From assembly GCA_965197725.1 (NCBI GenBank), contig CBDANQ010000030.1, forward strand, positions 1 through 37,070: a stretch of DNA of 37,070 nt, read 5' to 3'. The translations under genes were made by a program, and so were the position numbers. Positions within the stretch are counted from its first letter, which is position 1, and each line of letters opens with the position of its first letter. The DNA is from Longimicrobiales bacterium (GTDB lineage Bacteria; Gemmatimonadota; Gemmatimonadetes; Longimicrobiales; Gaopeijiaceae). The notes below the pieces were generated by a model, which was given only the letters and a program-made list of their open reading frames with translations, searched no databases and was not told where the DNA came from. Shown here one piece after another: positions 8,687 to 20,137 of the stretch.

Positions 8687-9265
8687 ATGCTACTCGTCAT
8701 CGACAACTACGATTCCTTCACGTTCAACCTCGTCCAGTTCCTCGGAGCTCTGGGCGCGGACCCTGTCGTCGTGCGCAATGACGAAAAGCCTGTCGATGAG
8801 CTCGCGGCGATGCAGCCGGACCGGGTCGTCGTATCGCCCGGACCCTGCACCCCGGCTGAGGCTGGCGTAAGCGTCGAGGCCTTCCGCAGCTTGGGAGGGC
8901 AGGGAATCCCAATGCTCGGGGTCTGTCTGGGGCACCAGTCGCTAGGTGAGGCGTTCGGCGGCAACACCGTCAGGGCACATCGCATCATGCACGGCAAGAC
9001 CGGCCCTGTGCGGCACGAAGGTGGGGCACTCTTCGAAGGGATCCCCTCGCCGTTCGTGGTAGCACGCTATCACTCGCTGGTTACCGACTCGACCGTGCTG
9101 CCCGATGCGTTGATCCCGATGGCGTGGAGCACCGATCCGGCCGACGAGGATGAGGTCCAGGCGATGCGGCACCGCGATCTGCCGCTTTGGGGCGTGCAGT
9201 TCCACCCCGAGTCGCTGTTCAGTGAGCACGGAGAACGGTTGCTGAATAATTTTCTGGAGATTTAG
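8687..9265 (+). CDS. trpG: Anthranilate/aminodeoxychorismate synthase component II (glutamine amidotransferase, TrpG/PabA)
   Basis: IDNYDSFT, SPGP, GVCLGHQ, RYHSL and QFHPES; TAGATT 6 nt before the ATG and no SD suggest a leaderless transcript. Confidence 0.92.
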   Translation: MLLVIDNYDSFTFNLVQFLGALGADPVVVRNDEKPVDELAAMQPDRVVVSPGPCTPAEAGVSVEAFRSLGGQGIPMLGVCLGHQSLGEAFGGNTVRAHRIMHGKTGPVRHEGGALFEGIPSPFVVARYHSLVTDSTVLPDALIPMAWSTDPADEDEVQAMRHRDLPLWGVQFHPESLFSEHGERLLNNFLEI

Positions 9266-9290
9266 TGGGGCCCGACTCGGCCTTGCCAGG

Positions 9291-9320
9291 TTGACCCTCC
9301 CCCCCAGCCGTCGGTAGCTT
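9291..9320 (+). promoter_or_regulatory. Sigma70-type promoter of the kds/lpt operon
   Basis: TTGACC (9291-9296)-N18-TAGCTT (9315-9320); the same two hexamers occur upstream of the TPR gene. Confidence 0.65.
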
Positions 9321-9327
9321 TCCTGGC

Positions 9328-9374
9328 GTGAATGTTGCATCCCCACCGCGCCCTCCCGGCCCCGGAAAAGCTCC

Positions 9375-9378
<4 letters not shown>
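9328..9378 (+). CDS. Putative leaderless 16-aa Pro-rich upstream ORF (MNVASPPRPPGPGKAP)
   Basis: GTG lies 7 nt after the -10 box; its TGA (9376-9378) overlaps the kdsB TTG (9375-9377). Confidence 0.35.
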
Positions 9379-11833
<2,455 letters not shown>

Positions 11834-11834
11834 G

Positions 11835-12647
11835 ATGTTCGACCGATTCACGCTCATCACGGGCCCCTGTGTGCTCGAGAGTGACGAGCTGAACCTCGAG
11901 ATAGCGCGGGCCGTCAAGGGCTTGGGTGAGTCGTTCGGGCTGCCCGTCATCTTCAAGGCTTCGTTCGACAAGGCGAATCGGTCGCAGATGGACTCCGCGC
12001 GAGGCCCCGGGCTCGCTGAGGGCCTGCCACGACTGGCCACGGTGAAAAAAGAGACTGGTCTCACGCTCCTTACGGACATCCACGAACCGAAGCAAGCCGA
12101 ACGCGCGGCGGCGGTCGTCGACGTACTGCAGATCCCAGCGTTCTTGTGTCGTCAGACCGACCTCTTGCTCGCCGCCGGCGCCACGGGCAAACCCATCAAC
12201 CTGAAGAAGGGCCAGTGGATGTCTCCCGACGACATGGCGGGCGCAGTCGAGAAGCTCCGCAGCGCGGGAGCGACAGACGTCGCGGTCACGGAACGAGGCA
12301 CGTTCTTCGGCTACGGCAACCTGGTCGTCGACATGCGCTCCTTCGCGACCGCGCGTGCCGCGACCGGCACGCCCGTGCTCTTCGACGGAACGCACTCGGT
12401 GCAGCGGCCCGGCCGGGCGGACGGATCGAGCGGTGGAGACCCGCAACACACCCCCGTGCTCGTGCGCGCAGCGGTTGCGGCAGGTTGCGACGGACTGTTT
12501 CTGGAGACCCACCCGAACCCTGCCGGCGCACCTTCGGACGGCTCGAACATGGTGCCCCTCGAGCGTATGCGTGGACTCTTGAAGGACGCGGTCGCGATTC
12601 GGTCCGCGCTCACCAGCGCGGCCAAGAGGGATGCGGACGCTCCGTGA
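11835..12647 (+). CDS. kdsA: KDO8P synthase
   Basis: GPCVLE, KASFDKANRS, QIPAFLCRQT, KKGQ, ERG, DGTHSVQ, ETHP, SDG. Confidence 0.97.
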   Translation: MFDRFTLITGPCVLESDELNLEIARAVKGLGESFGLPVIFKASFDKANRSQMDSARGPGLAEGLPRLATVKKETGLTLLTDIHEPKQAERAAAVVDVLQIPAFLCRQTDLLLAAGATGKPINLKKGQWMSPDDMAGAVEKLRSAGATDVAVTERGTFFGYGNLVVDMRSFATARAATGTPVLFDGTHSVQRPGRADGSSGGDPQHTPVLVRAAVAAGCDGLFLETHPNPAGAPSDGSNMVPLERMRGLLKDAVAIRSALTSAAKRDADAP

Positions 12648-12679
12648 GCTCCATGAGCCCCATGAGCCCGATGAGCGCC
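12644..12679 (+). repeat. Four imperfect 9-bp tandem units at the kdsC start
   Basis: GTGAGCTCC ATGAGCCCC ATGAGCCCG ATGAGCGCC, encoding MSSMSPMSPMSA. Confidence 0.8.
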
Positions 12680-13237
12680 GGAGCCCGGCCGATTGACGCG
12701 GAGCTCGCCGCCCAGATCAAGCTCGTCATCTTCGACGTGGACGGCGTGCTCACCGATGCCGGTGTCTATGTCGGGGCGAGCACGGGCGGGGAGGCCACCG
12801 AGCTGAAGCGCTTCGACATACAGGACGGCGTCGGTCTGAAGATGCTCATGTGGTCCGGCCTCGAGGTCGCCATCGTGTCCGGGCGAACTTCGGAGGCGAC
12901 CGCGCTGCGGGCCCGCGAGCTCGACGTTGTGGAGTGCCACCAGGAAGCGAACGCCCACAAGCTCGGCATTGTGGAGGATCTGCTCAGTCGGAAAGCGGTG
13001 GAGTGGCACGAAGTCGCAATGCTCGCGGACGACATTCCGGATCTCGCGGTGCTGCGACGCGTGGGCCTCAAGGCCGCCGTGGCCAACGCGACCTCTCATG
13101 TGGTGGACATCTGTGACTGGCAGTCGAGCAAAGCCGGGGGCCACGGCGCGGCCCGCGAGTTCTCGGACGCACTGCTCGCGGCACGAGGGGAGCTCGATGA
13201 CGTCGTGGAGCGCTACGTCGAGGAGCGAAGCCGGTGA
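12644..13237 (+). CDS. kdsC: KDO8P phosphatase (HAD family)
   Basis: DVDGVLTD, DGVG, SGR, GGHGAAREF; GTGA overlap with kdsA; exact start uncertain because of 9-bp repeats. Confidence 0.9.
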   Translation: MSSMSPMSPMSAGARPIDAELAAQIKLVIFDVDGVLTDAGVYVGASTGGEATELKRFDIQDGVGLKMLMWSGLEVAIVSGRTSEATALRARELDVVECHQEANAHKLGIVEDLLSRKAVEWHEVAMLADDIPDLAVLRRVGLKAAVANATSHVVDICDWQSSKAGGHGAAREFSDALLAARGELDDVVERYVEERSR

Positions 13238-13487
13238 CGCGCTCAGCCGCGTTGCATCCCGGCGGAACATTGGGAACGAAGCTCTCGGTCCGTGTAGCAG
13301 ATGTCATGATAGCGGACGAACATCCCCTGCTCGGTGAGGGCGCGACGATGAAGGACTCGATCGCGCTGCCCACTTCCTAGACCATGCGATCAGAGAGATC
13401 ATGACTCGAGATCCGAAGACCGCGCGGCCCGAGGGGTTGGGATCCCCTGCCGGCCACCGGATGGAGGCGCATGGCAAATGGACGTAG
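13234..13487 (+). pseudogene. kdsD: Deleted remnant of arabinose-5-phosphate isomerase (KdsD/KpsF/GutQ)
   Basis: 13234-13380 reads ...AALHPGGTLGTKLSVRVADVM... (HPGGxLG linker plus start of CBS1); 13371-13487 in another frame reads FLDHAIREIMTRDPKTA...RMEAHG (CBS2); SIS catalytic domain absent; lies within the kds-lptC cluster. Confidence 0.85.
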
Positions 13488-14035
13488 CGACGTTGGGACT
13501 CGAACACGGGCCGCGTTTCCGGACACTCGTGCTCCTTGCTGGTTTGGCAGCTTGCGAAGCGCCTACGAGCGGCGCGGTGGCTTCTCATGAGCTCCTGGAG
13601 ATGGGAGCGGACAACATCGTGTTCGGAATGGTCAGCTTCATGACTTCCAACGGAATCCGTGAGGGCCGGGTCGAGGCCGACACGGCCTTCATGTACGCGG
13701 ACTCGGCGAAGGCGAAGCTACGGCAGATGCGCATCGTCTTCTACGACGAGAACGGGGCCGAGCGGGCCACGGTCACGGGAACAGCCGGAGAATGGGACCG
13801 GAACACCGACCGAATGTGGGCACAGGGTGACGTCCTGCTCATAGTGCACGCCGACGGGCGCCGCATCGAGAGCGCGGAGATCGTCTACGATCCCTTCGAG
13901 GACGAAATCTGGAGCGACTCGGCGACCGTGCAGACGCTCGCCGACGGGCGGGTGACCCGGGGTTCGTCGTTCCGGTCCGACATGGAGTTCCGGAACGTGG
14001 AGATCGCGAACATCCGCGGAGCCGTCGGCCGCTAG
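13478..14035 (+). CDS. lptC: LPS export periplasmic protein LptC
   Basis: Lipobox-like LAAC, beta-jellyroll-type sequence (EIWSDS, GSSFRSD), position before LptA-like and lptB; start uncertain. Confidence 0.8.
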   Translation: MDVATLGLEHGPRFRTLVLLAGLAACEAPTSGAVASHELLEMGADNIVFGMVSFMTSNGIREGRVEADTAFMYADSAKAKLRQMRIVFYDENGAERATVTGTAGEWDRNTDRMWAQGDVLLIVHADGRRIESAEIVYDPFEDEIWSDSATVQTLADGRVTRGSSFRSDMEFRNVEIANIRGAVGR

Positions 14036-14047
14036 CTACCGACGCCC

Positions 14048-15727
14048 ATGTCCTCACCCGCCCCTCGTGGCCGGTCCGCAGCCGCGCTCGTCCTGTTGAC
14101 CTGCGCCTGGATCCCCGCCCGGATCGCTGCTCAGGAGGACTGCGATTTCGTCGCGCCGACCAGGTCGATGCAGTTCACCACGCTCACGAGCGGTTCCACG
14201 ATTACCTACGTCGGCGCACCGCACATGCTGTGCCGGGACGGGATCGAGATCTGGGCCGATTCCGCGGTGGAGTACTCCGCCCAGAGGATGCAGCACATGA
14301 TGGGGTCTGTGCGCTTCATCGACGCCAATGGGGAGTTGAACGCCGATGAAGCCCGCTACTTTCCCGAGCAGGGTCGACTTCAAGCCAACGGCCACGTCTT
14401 TGTCCAGGACACTCTCCAGGGCTTCACGATCCGGAACGGGAACCTGGTGTATCTGCGCGCCACGGACTTCCGGGAGGAGCCACAGACTACGGTGACGATC
14501 GCGGCGGACGGCATTCAGCCACACGCGATCCTACGGATGAGGCCGGCAGAGCCTAGGCCAGAGAGCATCGAACCGACAGCCCCGGATGCTATCACAGCGG
14601 ACTCCACCGGCACGGCTCTTTCGGCGGAGGCTCTCGTCCTCCCCGTGGATGCCGAGCCCGACGGGCAGGGTTCGCCCTACATCGTCGACGGCAACCAAAT
14701 CTTCATCCAGGGTGACAGCTATTTCCGCGCGACCGGCAATGTCGAGATCCAGCGGGATTCACTGAACGCGTTCGCTGACAGCGTCGAATATGACCAGGTA
14801 GCGGGCCGAATCTTGCTCGAAGGATCTGCCCGAGTCGACGGTCCGACGTACGATCTCGTTGGTCGCACGATCACGCTCGGCATGGACGGCGACGACATCG
14901 ACGAGGTGCGGGCCGTTCACGACGCCGTGCTGAACGGCGACGACCTGGTGCTCACGGCACCGGAGATCCGGATCTACCTGCTCGACGATCTACCGCAGAG
15001 ACTCGTCGCCGTGAGGGCCCCGGCGCCGCCTGACGTCATGTCGGTCGACAGCGCTGATGCGCGGCCCGTCGCCCAGGCCGACGACTTCGAGCTCACCGGG
15101 GACTCGATCGAGGTCATCGTGCCCGGCGAGGCGCTCGAACGGATCTTCGCGGCAGGCATGGCCCGTAGCGTCTCTCGCGCACGCGACTCCTTGAACGTCG
15201 AGACGCTGTCGGAGATCGCGCGCACCGACTGGTTGGAGGGCGACACGGTCATCGTAATGTTCGTGCCTGCGGACACCAGCGAGCGCCGGGGGCCTGCCGC
15301 GGACACAGCGCAGGCGGCCTACCAAATCGACCGGATCATCGCCCAGGGCGCCGCGCGGAGTCTGTACCGACTACCACCGTCGGACACCACCGCGGTCCCG
15401 GGTGAGGACGAACCCGCCGTGCACTACGTGCTCGGCGATGAGATCACGATCGTCATGGTCGAAGGCGACATCGACCACATGGAAGTGACCGGCCAGACGC
15501 GAGGCATACATCTCGAGCCAGTGCCGGTGATGGAGGACAGCCTCGCAGCACGGACCTCCGGAATCGACACGACGACTGCCCTCGACACGACCACGCTCGC
15601 TGGCTCGCCCCGAGAAACCACGCCGCCGGAGCCTTCGCGCCCACCGGACTCACGCACGCCATCATCTGGCGGCCATCCCCAAATCCGGAAGTCGGCCGCG
15701 ACTCATCATCCATGGAGGGGCTCGTGA
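14048..15727 (+). CDS. Long LptA/OstA-like beta-jellyroll periplasmic protein
   Basis: Signal peptide; repeated ADS/GDS/GDT...G-x-V/A strand motifs; sits between lptC and lptB; 559 aa. Confidence 0.7.
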   Translation: MSSPAPRGRSAAALVLLTCAWIPARIAAQEDCDFVAPTRSMQFTTLTSGSTITYVGAPHMLCRDGIEIWADSAVEYSAQRMQHMMGSVRFIDANGELNADEARYFPEQGRLQANGHVFVQDTLQGFTIRNGNLVYLRATDFREEPQTTVTIAADGIQPHAILRMRPAEPRPESIEPTAPDAITADSTGTALSAEALVLPVDAEPDGQGSPYIVDGNQIFIQGDSYFRATGNVEIQRDSLNAFADSVEYDQVAGRILLEGSARVDGPTYDLVGRTITLGMDGDDIDEVRAVHDAVLNGDDLVLTAPEIRIYLLDDLPQRLVAVRAPAPPDVMSVDSADARPVAQADDFELTGDSIEVIVPGEALERIFAAGMARSVSRARDSLNVETLSEIARTDWLEGDTVIVMFVPADTSERRGPAADTAQAAYQIDRIIAQGAARSLYRLPPSDTTAVPGEDEPAVHYVLGDEITIVMVEGDIDHMEVTGQTRGIHLEPVPVMEDSLAARTSGIDTTTALDTTTLAGSPRETTPPEPSRPPDSRTPSSGGHPQIRKSAATHHPWRGS

Positions 15728-16509
15728 CGGATGCCGACAAGCCGGGCGCCCAGAGTAGGCTCTCCGGCGAGGGTCTCACCAAGATCTACCGACGCCGCAA
15801 GGTCGTGAACGAGGTGGATCTTACGGTTCGCCAGGGAGAGATCGTCGGGTTGCTGGGGCCGAACGGTGCGGGGAAGACCACGACCTTCTACATGATGGTC
15901 GGGCTGATCCCCCCGCATTCCGGCACTGTCCACCTGGACGGTGACGACCTCACAACCACCGCGATGTACCGTCGAGCCCGCCGCGGGATCGGCTACTTGG
16001 CCCAAGAGCCGTCGGTCTTCCGACGCCTCACGGTCGAGGAGAACGTGCTCGCGATCCTCGAGACGCTGAAGCTGCCCAAGGCGGCACAGCGCGAGCGGCT
16101 CGATCAGCTACTCGGCGAGCTGGGCCTGGAGAAGCTCAGAAAGAACAAGGCGTATTCGCTCTCCGGGGGCGAGCGGCGTAGGCTTGAGATCACGCGAGCT
16201 CTCGTCCAGCGGCCGAAGTTCATGCTTCTCGACGAGCCGTTCACGGGCATCGATCCGATCGCGGGCAACGATATCCAGCAGATCGTTCGCGGACTGAAGG
16301 ACCGCGACATCGGGGTGATCATCTCGGATCACAACGTCGAGCAGACGCTCGAGATCGTGGATCGGGCATACATCATGTACGAAGGACGTATCCGAGTGAG
16401 TGGGACCGTCTCAGAGTTGGTTTGGAACGAGGAAGTTGCGGAGATTTACCTCGGTCCGACGCTGACGACACGGATGCGGGCCCGGTATCCGGAGCCGGCC
16501 GGGGTCTAA
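15724..16509 (+). CDS. lptB: LPS export ABC transporter ATP-binding protein
   Basis: GPNGAGKTT, YLAQEPSVF, LSGGERRR, LLDEPF, DHNV; GTG at 15724 with GGAGG SD (ATG 15712 is an alternative). Confidence 0.96.
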   Translation: MTDADKPGAQSRLSGEGLTKIYRRRKVVNEVDLTVRQGEIVGLLGPNGAGKTTTFYMMVGLIPPHSGTVHLDGDDLTTTAMYRRARRGIGYLAQEPSVFRRLTVEENVLAILETLKLPKAAQRERLDQLLGELGLEKLRKNKAYSLSGGERRRLEITRALVQRPKFMLLDEPFTGIDPIAGNDIQQIVRGLKDRDIGVIISDHNVEQTLEIVDRAYIMYEGRIRVSGTVSELVWNEEVAEIYLGPTLTTRMRARYPEPAGV

Positions 16510-16528
16510 GTGGAGATCTGAGTCACCG

Positions 16529-18034
16529 ATGAGCCAGTTCATCAAACTGCATCAGAGTGCGCAGCTCCGGCAGGAGATGCGGACCAACCCACGCCTATAT
16601 CAGGCGATGGAGTTGCTCTACATGCCGATGCTGGATCTCGAGCAATACCTGAAGCAGGAGGTTTCGGAGAATCCTCTGCTGGAGATGGTCGAGGCGGACG
16701 TCGAGCAGGAAGTCGAGCTCAAGGAAGAGACCGACGACGAACCCATGGGCGACGACGATGTCGACTGGGAGGAAATCCTTCTCGACGGATTCGACGTCGG
16801 GGGTCGGCGCGAGCAGTACGAGCAGACTGAACACTTCGAGCGTACGCCGGTCGACACGCGCGACCTGCACGATCACCTGCAGGACCAGCTGCGTATGCTT
16901 TCGCTGTCGGAACGACAGCTCCGGATGGGCGAGGAGATCGTCGGAAACATCAACGATGACGGACTGCTCGCGTGTGGGCTCGTGGAATCGGTGAGGGGTG
17001 TGAACGGCTGGCTCGCGGAGGTGCGGCCCGCGGCGATCGCGACCGCGGAGTCGATCGCTGACGAGGCCGCGCGCGCCGCCGACCTCGAGGAGATCGCGGC
17101 GCTCTTCAAGCCGTACGTCATCGAGGAAGCCGAGGCGATGCTCGAGGTCATCCAGGGCTTCGACCCGCCGGGGATCGGAGCTCGGGACGTGCGCGAGTCG
17201 ATTCTCATCCAGCTCAGGATGCGTGACGAAGAGGGTGAGCTCACGTATGTGATCGTGCGGGACCACTTCGACGCGCTCTCCAACCATCGCTGGACGGAAC
17301 TCGCCAAGGAGCTCGGCGTGCAGCCGATCGAGGTGCAGGACGCCGCCGACGCGATCAGGCATCTCGATCCCAAACCAGGACTCAAGCACTCCGCGGAACT
17401 GGAGCAGTATGTCATCCCTGATCTCATTGTCGAGGAGATCGACGGTGAGTATATGGTCTTCGCCAACGATACGAGCTTGCCCAGGTTGCGCATATCTCAG
17501 AGCTACCGGGAGATCGCACAGGACAAGAAGAAGTTCACAGGCGAAAACAAGGAGTTCATCTCCAGCAGACTGAATTCGGCCCACTGGATGATTCAGGCGA
17601 TCGAGCAGCGGCGTCAGACCATGCTCAAGGTCATGCACTTCATTGTGGACCGCCAGCGCGACTTCTTCGAGCGAGGGGTGCAACACCTCAAGCCTCTCAC
17701 GCTGCGCGAGGTCGCCGATTACATCGAGAAGCACGAGTCGACCGTGTCCCGCGTGACGAACAAGAAGTATGTGCAGACGCCGCGCGGAGTGTATTCACTC
17801 AAGTACTTCTTCGCGAGCGGTCTTTCGACCACATCAGGCGAGGACATCTCGGCGCGTGGCGTGAAGGACAAGATCAAGAGCCTCATCGCGGACGAGGACA
17901 CCAGCAAGCCGCTCACCGATCAGGCGATCGTGAAGTCGCTCATGGTCGACGGCGTGAAGATCGCTCGCCGTACGGTGGCCAAATACCGGGACCAGCTTGG
18001 CATCATGCCCGCGCGCATGCGCAAGCGCGTATGA
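16529..18034 (+). CDS. rpoN: RNA polymerase sigma-54 factor
   Basis: Q/L-rich N-terminus, NPLLE, PPGIGAR, HESTVSR and the RpoN box ARRTVAKYR. Confidence 0.97.
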   Translation: MSQFIKLHQSAQLRQEMRTNPRLYQAMELLYMPMLDLEQYLKQEVSENPLLEMVEADVEQEVELKEETDDEPMGDDDVDWEEILLDGFDVGGRREQYEQTEHFERTPVDTRDLHDHLQDQLRMLSLSERQLRMGEEIVGNINDDGLLACGLVESVRGVNGWLAEVRPAAIATAESIADEAARAADLEEIAALFKPYVIEEAEAMLEVIQGFDPPGIGARDVRESILIQLRMRDEEGELTYVIVRDHFDALSNHRWTELAKELGVQPIEVQDAADAIRHLDPKPGLKHSAELEQYVIPDLIVEEIDGEYMVFANDTSLPRLRISQSYREIAQDKKKFTGENKEFISSRLNSAHWMIQAIEQRRQTMLKVMHFIVDRQRDFFERGVQHLKPLTLREVADYIEKHESTVSRVTNKKYVQTPRGVYSLKYFFASGLSTTSGEDISARGVKDKIKSLIADEDTSKPLTDQAIVKSLMVDGVKIARRTVAKYRDQLGIMPARMRKRV

Positions 18035-18975
18035 CGAAGAGCGACTTCGCCGTGATCGTCCCCGCCTTCAACGAAGCACCCGTCGTCAAGGACCTGGTGC
18101 GGGAGCTCAGGGAGGCGTTCGAGCGCCATGGCCTCGAGGGTGAAGTCGTGCTCGTCGACGACGGTTCCACGGATGATACCGCCTCGCTTGCGCGTCAAGA
18201 GGCGGACGGGTGGGGAGCGTTCAAGGTCGTCCGGCACAAGACGAACCAGGGTAAGACCGAGGCGATGATCACCGCGGCGGCCTCGACCGAGAAAAGCTAT
18301 CTCGTGCTTTTCGATGCGGACCTGCAGCACTCTCCGGACGAGATCCCCCGCTTCCTCGAGCGGCTCGCGGACGGGTTCGATATCGTGACGGGGCGCAAGA
18401 TCGGAGGGTACAACAAGAGGGCGGTCTCCACGGTCTACAACCGGCTCTCGCGCCGGGTATTCGACGTCCCGGTCTCCGATCTCAACTCGATGAAGGCGTT
18501 CCACCGAGGCGTGCTCGACGGGCTCACACTGCGCCACGACTGGCACCGCTTCTTCGTCGTGCTCGCGCACGCCCGCGGTGCGACCGTAAGCGAGATCGAT
18601 GTCGAGCTGCACCCCAGACGGGCAGGGAAGTCCAAGTTTACCGGCCCGTTCAGGGTCATCGTCGGATTGCTCGACCTGGTTTCCGTGGGATTCCTGCTGA
18701 TGTTCTCGCGGAAGCCGCTTCTGCTCTTCGGCGCAACCGGGATGCTCTTGGCCGGACTGGGGATTCTCGTCGCAGCGGTGGCGATCTACGTCCGCTTCGT
18801 CCACCCGATGGTAGGGTTCGACCCGTACATACCACCCATGGGGTACCGGCCACTTCTATATCTAGTGATGCTGTGCGAAACGCTCGGCTTCCTGCTCGTA
18901 GGCTTCGGGCTCGTCTCAGAACAAATCGCGCAGGTGCGGGACGAGCTCGACGCGCTGAAGAAGAGGGACGACTGA
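18031..18975 (+). CDS. GT2 polyprenyl-phosphate glycosyltransferase (ArnC/GtrB-like, C-terminal TM helices)
   Basis: VPAFNE, VDDGSTD, DADLQH, RRAGKSK, two C-terminal hydrophobic helices. Confidence 0.88.
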   Translation: MTKSDFAVIVPAFNEAPVVKDLVRELREAFERHGLEGEVVLVDDGSTDDTASLARQEADGWGAFKVVRHKTNQGKTEAMITAAASTEKSYLVLFDADLQHSPDEIPRFLERLADGFDIVTGRKIGGYNKRAVSTVYNRLSRRVFDVPVSDLNSMKAFHRGVLDGLTLRHDWHRFFVVLAHARGATVSEIDVELHPRRAGKSKFTGPFRVIVGLLDLVSVGFLLMFSRKPLLLFGATGMLLAGLGILVAAVAIYVRFVHPMVGFDPYIPPMGYRPLLYLVMLCETLGFLLVGFGLVSEQIAQVRDELDALKKRDD

Positions 18976-18976
18976 C

Positions 18977-20137
18977 TTGACTGAGAAAGTCGGCGTGCCC
19001 CGTCGTGTCCTCGTCGTGGTGGGGACCCGGCCCGAGGCGATCAAGATGGCCCCGGTCATCGACGCGCTACGCGATTACAGCGCCGACGTCGAGACGCGCG
19101 TGGTGCTCACGGGCCAACACACGCAACTCGTCGACCAGGTCGTGCAGGCGCTGCGACTGAACCCCGACTACGACTTGGGCATCATGAAGGAGGGCCAGAC
19201 GCTCTACGATGTGGTTCAGGGCGCGCTCGAAGGTCTGCGCGGCGTCGTGCAACGGTTCAGACCCGATGCGTTGCTCGTGCAGGGCGACACCGCCACGGTG
19301 TTCACCGGGTCGCTCGTGGGCTTCTTCGAGCGGGTGAAGGTCGGGCACGTCGAGGCCGGGCTGCGCAGCAACGACAAGTGGGCTCCATTCCCCGAGGAGA
19401 TCTTCCGGCGCCTCACGGATGTGGTCTCCGACTACTACTTCGCGCCGACCGAGTACGCCAAGCGCGCGCTGCTCGCCGAAAAAGTGCCTGTGGAGCAGGT
19501 GTACGTGACCGGAAACACCGTCGTCGATGCGCTCATGAGCGTGGCCGACCAACAGAGACCCGTCGAGAACGAGGTCCTGCGCGCCGCGATTCAGGGTGAG
19601 CGCAGGCTCGTGCTGCTGACCGCGCATCGGCGTGAATCGTTCGGTGCACCGATCCGCGAGGTGTTCGGCGCGGTTCGCGCGCTCGCGGATGAGATCGACG
19701 ACGTCGAGATCGTGTATCCGGTGCATCCGAACCCGGACGTCATCGAACCCGCGCGCGAACTGCTCGGGAACCATGAGCGCATCCACCTCATCGACCCAGT
19801 CGGATATCTCGACCTGGTCGCGGCACTCGCGGCGGCGGCGCTCATCCTGACCGACTCGGGCGGTATCCAGGAGGAGGCTCCCACGTTCGGTGTGCCCGTT
19901 CTGGTATTGCGTGAGGTCACGGAGCGCCCAGAGGGTATCGAGGCGGGGGTGGCTGAACTGGTGGGCACGAACCGGGACTTGATCCTGGAGCGCAGTCGGG
20001 CCGCACTCGCCCAGCCGGCGTCGGACGCACCAGCTACCAACCCATACGGGGATGGTAGCGCCGGCGCGCGGATCGCAGACATCGTGGTTTCCGACCTGAT
20101 CGGACGTCCGCGCGCGATGGAGGACTGGGGCGCGTGA
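18977..20137 (+). CDS. wecB: UDP-N-acetylglucosamine 2-epimerase (non-hydrolysing)
   Basis: GTRPEAIKMAP, TGQH, QGDT, HVEAGLRS, HRRES, TDSGGIQEE, TERPEG, NPYGDG. Confidence 0.96.
   Translation: MTEKVGVPRRVLVVVGTRPEAIKMAPVIDALRDYSADVETRVVLTGQHTQLVDQVVQALRLNPDYDLGIMKEGQTLYDVVQGALEGLRGVVQRFRPDALLVQGDTATVFTGSLVGFFERVKVGHVEAGLRSNDKWAPFPEEIFRRLTDVVSDYYFAPTEYAKRALLAEKVPVEQVYVTGNTVVDALMSVADQQRPVENEVLRAAIQGERRLVLLTAHRRESFGAPIREVFGAVRALADEIDDVEIVYPVHPNPDVIEPARELLGNHERIHLIDPVGYLDLVAALAAAALILTDSGGIQEEAPTFGVPVLVLREVTERPEGIEAGVAELVGTNRDLILERSRAALAQPASDAPATNPYGDGSAGARIADIVVSDLIGRPRAMEDWGA

Noticed and set aside
12146..12643. Long N-terminal extensions in the ORF track for kdsC (12146), CYTH (25710), Crp (29274) and DinB (34773)
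   Set aside because: The extensions overlap other genes or look non-coding; better starts with an SD or stop/start overlap lie downstream.
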